DNA from: an uncultured Spirochaetota bacterium
Lineage (GTDB): Bacteria; Spirochaetota; Spirochaetia; SZUA-6; Fen-1364
Assembly: GCA_963745235.1 (NCBI GenBank)
Contig: CAVUXE010000033.1
Coordinates: forward strand, 32,001 to 96,000
Length of the DNA: 64,000 bases
Direction: 5' to 3'
In this document: positions 62,275-64,000 of the stretch, in pieces
Numbering within the stretch: the stretch's first letter is position 1
Layout: each line of letters opens with the position of its first letter
Position numbers and translations under genes: made by a program
The notes under the pieces: model-generated
Seen by the model: the letters and a program-made list of their open reading frames with translations, nothing else
Told to the model about the DNA's origin: nothing
Databases searched by the model: none

Positions 62275-63303
62275 TCAGCCCTGGTCGTCGGCCGGCCCCG
62301 GCGGCGCGGCGGCAAGATCGCCCAGCTTCACCTTCTGCGCATCGAACCTCGCCGCGGCGGCCGCCATTGCATCCAGCGCATCTGCCGCCCCCATTGTGGC
62401 CCCGCGCTGGAACCGCACGGGATTGATCCGCGCCACGACGAACGCTTTCAGGTACGGGCTCGTGAATCCCCGCTCCTTGAGGGCGGCCACCGCCTCCGCC
62501 ACCGTGTCGTCCAGGGCAATGAGCTTCTCCGCAAGCTCACCCCGGACACGCAAAGCATCCGGCAGGGGTTCGTCCAGGAACACTTCCACGCGCTTGAGCA
62601 CCGGATGGTAAGCGCCTCCGCTCAGGCGTCCACGCTTCTCGTAGGCCAATCCAAGCGTGAGGTACGCGGGCTCTTCGAACTCGAGCGCGAAGTCCTTCTC
62701 CGGGCGGCTGTCCAGCTCCGCCAGCGAACGTGCCATGCGGATCACCTCCAGGGACTTCTCCCGAAGGTTGTGGCCCTTCTCCGTGTTCATGGCGAGGATC
62801 TGGTATGCAACGGAGAGCTCGGGGACAACCACGGCGAGGATGCAGCGTGCGCCCAGCGCCCGCATGGCCGCAAGCCGGTGATGGCCGTTGGGCGTCCAGA
62901 AAGTTCCTTCGGCCGTGCGCACCGCAATGATAGGGTCCAGGAAGCGCCCCATCCGCCCGATGACGTCCCCGAGCCTTTCGACGTGTGTCTTCGAGATGTC
63001 TCTCTGAAACGGTGTGGGCTCCACGCGTTGAATGGGAAGGCTCGCCAGGATGTGCCAATGCCCGCCCACGGGGTCCCGGTAGCATCCGACAACCCCGCCG
63101 CCGCTTTCCCAGATGCTCTGAGTCAGGGCGTTGACATCGGCGGGCGGCGTGTCACCGGTCACTTCGGGGGCGGTCAGCCCCTTGATGGATGCCGTCCCTT
63201 TCTTTCGCCGAGATCTGGCCGGCTTCCCCGTCTTTTCCGCCCTGGCCGCTTTCTTTGCCGGCTTCTTTTCCGTACTGTCCGAGTCGCCACGCCTGGCTAA
63301 CAT
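62275..63303 (-). CDS. ParB/Sulfiredoxin N-terminal domain protein with a basic N-terminal tail
   Basis: PTPFQRD, FLDPIIA, TPNGHHRLAA, MNTEK; KKPAKKAARAEK tail. Confidence 0.8.
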   Translation of the reverse strand: MLARRGDSDSTEKKPAKKAARAEKTGKPARSRRKKGTASIKGLTAPEVTGDTPPADVNALTQSIWESGGGVVGCYRDPVGGHWHILASLPIQRVEPTPFQRDISKTHVERLGDVIGRMGRFLDPIIAVRTAEGTFWTPNGHHRLAAMRALGARCILAVVVPELSVAYQILAMNTEKGHNLREKSLEVIRMARSLAELDSRPEKDFALEFEEPAYLTLGLAYEKRGRLSGGAYHPVLKRVEVFLDEPLPDALRVRGELAEKLIALDDTVAEAVAALKERGFTSPYLKAFVVARINPVRFQRGATMGAADALDAMAAAAARFDAQKVKLGDLAAAPPGPADDQG

Positions 63304-63479
63304 GACGCCTCCTTCTCGAGACATCGTATCACGCATGGCCTGCCGGCAGCGAGGGCCGTGCCGCGAGGGCTCGGCAGCCACGGCCGGAGAGCGGGAGCAG
63401 CGGGAGCCTGGCTTGCGCCGGAGAGAAACTCGCCGTACACTTGTGCCTCACCCGATATTCTGCGTTTCGGAGGCTGGCA

Positions 63480-64000
63480 GTGCCGGACGAGCATGAACCG
63501 TTGAACAAGGTCCGAGAGACCTTCAAGGTGCCCTGGTATCGATCTCCCATCGAGCCGGCGCGGCTGAAAGAGCTGACGAGTCGAAGCGATCTCCGGGGGG
63601 CGTTCCAGACTCTTGGTCACATTGTGCTGCTTGCAATCAGCGGCGCGGCTACCTGGATCTTCTTCGACCATGGGATATGGGTCGGGTTTGCGGTGGCGCT
63701 TTTTGTCCATGGGACGATGTACTCCTTCCTTGCAGGCCTGGCCACCCACGAGCTTGCGCACGGGACCGTGTTCAAGACGAAATGGCTCAACAACATCTTC
63801 GTGAGGTTCCTCAGCCTCATTTCCTGGTTCAACTTCCTCGACTACAAGGTGAGCCATACCTATCATCATTTGTATACGCTTCATCCCCGGGGGGACCGGG
63901 AGGTGGTCCTGCCGAACAACCCGTCGCTGAATCCGCTCTTCCTCCTGCAGCTGCTCACCCTCAACGTGGTGGGCGCGAAGAGGGAGCCCTATTCGTATCC
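63480..64000 (+). CDS. Fatty acid desaturase family protein (partial; runs off the window edge)
   Basis: Manual translation from GTG 63480 after GGAGG: VPWYRSPI...SRSDLRG...HELAHGTVFKTKWLN...SHTYHH. Confidence 0.85.
   Translation, partial: MPDEHEPLNKVRETFKVPWYRSPIEPARLKELTSRSDLRGAFQTLGHIVLLAISGAATWIFFDHGIWVGFAVALFVHGTMYSFLAGLATHELAHGTVFKTKWLNNIFVRFLSLISWFNFLDYKVSHTYHHLYTLHPRGDREVVLPNNPSLNPLFLLQLLTLNVVGAKREPYSY

Noticed and set aside
61267-63300. 677-aa plus-strand ORF and other long antisense ORFs (e.g. 28467-30506, 36014-37801, 13321-14901)
   Set aside because: Shadow frames of GC-rich genes on the opposite strand, with no recognisable motifs

Overview
GC-rich bacterial chromosomal window with no rRNA, tRNA, CRISPR array or transposase. 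It is probably from a Spirochaetia-like genome (inferred from the 'WAGGSKE'-type solute-binding protein N-terminus and the A/V-type ATPase). Many single-base frameshifts suggest an unpolished long-read assembly. From left to right it holds: an A/V-type ATP synthase operon (H-I-K-E-C-F-A, truncated at the edge); a stand-alone MshEN-like microprotein; an M48 peptidase; a LacI-controlled sugar ABC/ribokinase/DeoC/GH-like-FGE locus; aguB-aguA; a decayed cysM-mec-ThiS/MoeB sulfur-carrier cluster; a cold-shock-like group (DEAD-box helicase and RRM protein with long hairpin leaders, Des-like desaturase plus response regulator); an orphan tyrosine recombinase; a BMP-type ABC importer with creatininase and M20 hydrolase; and assorted hydrolases. 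The two most striking observations are as follows. (1) A dispersed, re-wired NHEJ set: a LigD whose ligase domain has lost its catalytic residues sits next to a TM0106 nuclease-helicase, a separate intact ATP-dependent ligase is coupled to a BRCT-MerR-TPR protein, and Ku and a ParB/Srx-like protein lie further on. (2) A secreted amidohydrolase fused directly to an Omp85/BamA-type beta-barrel.
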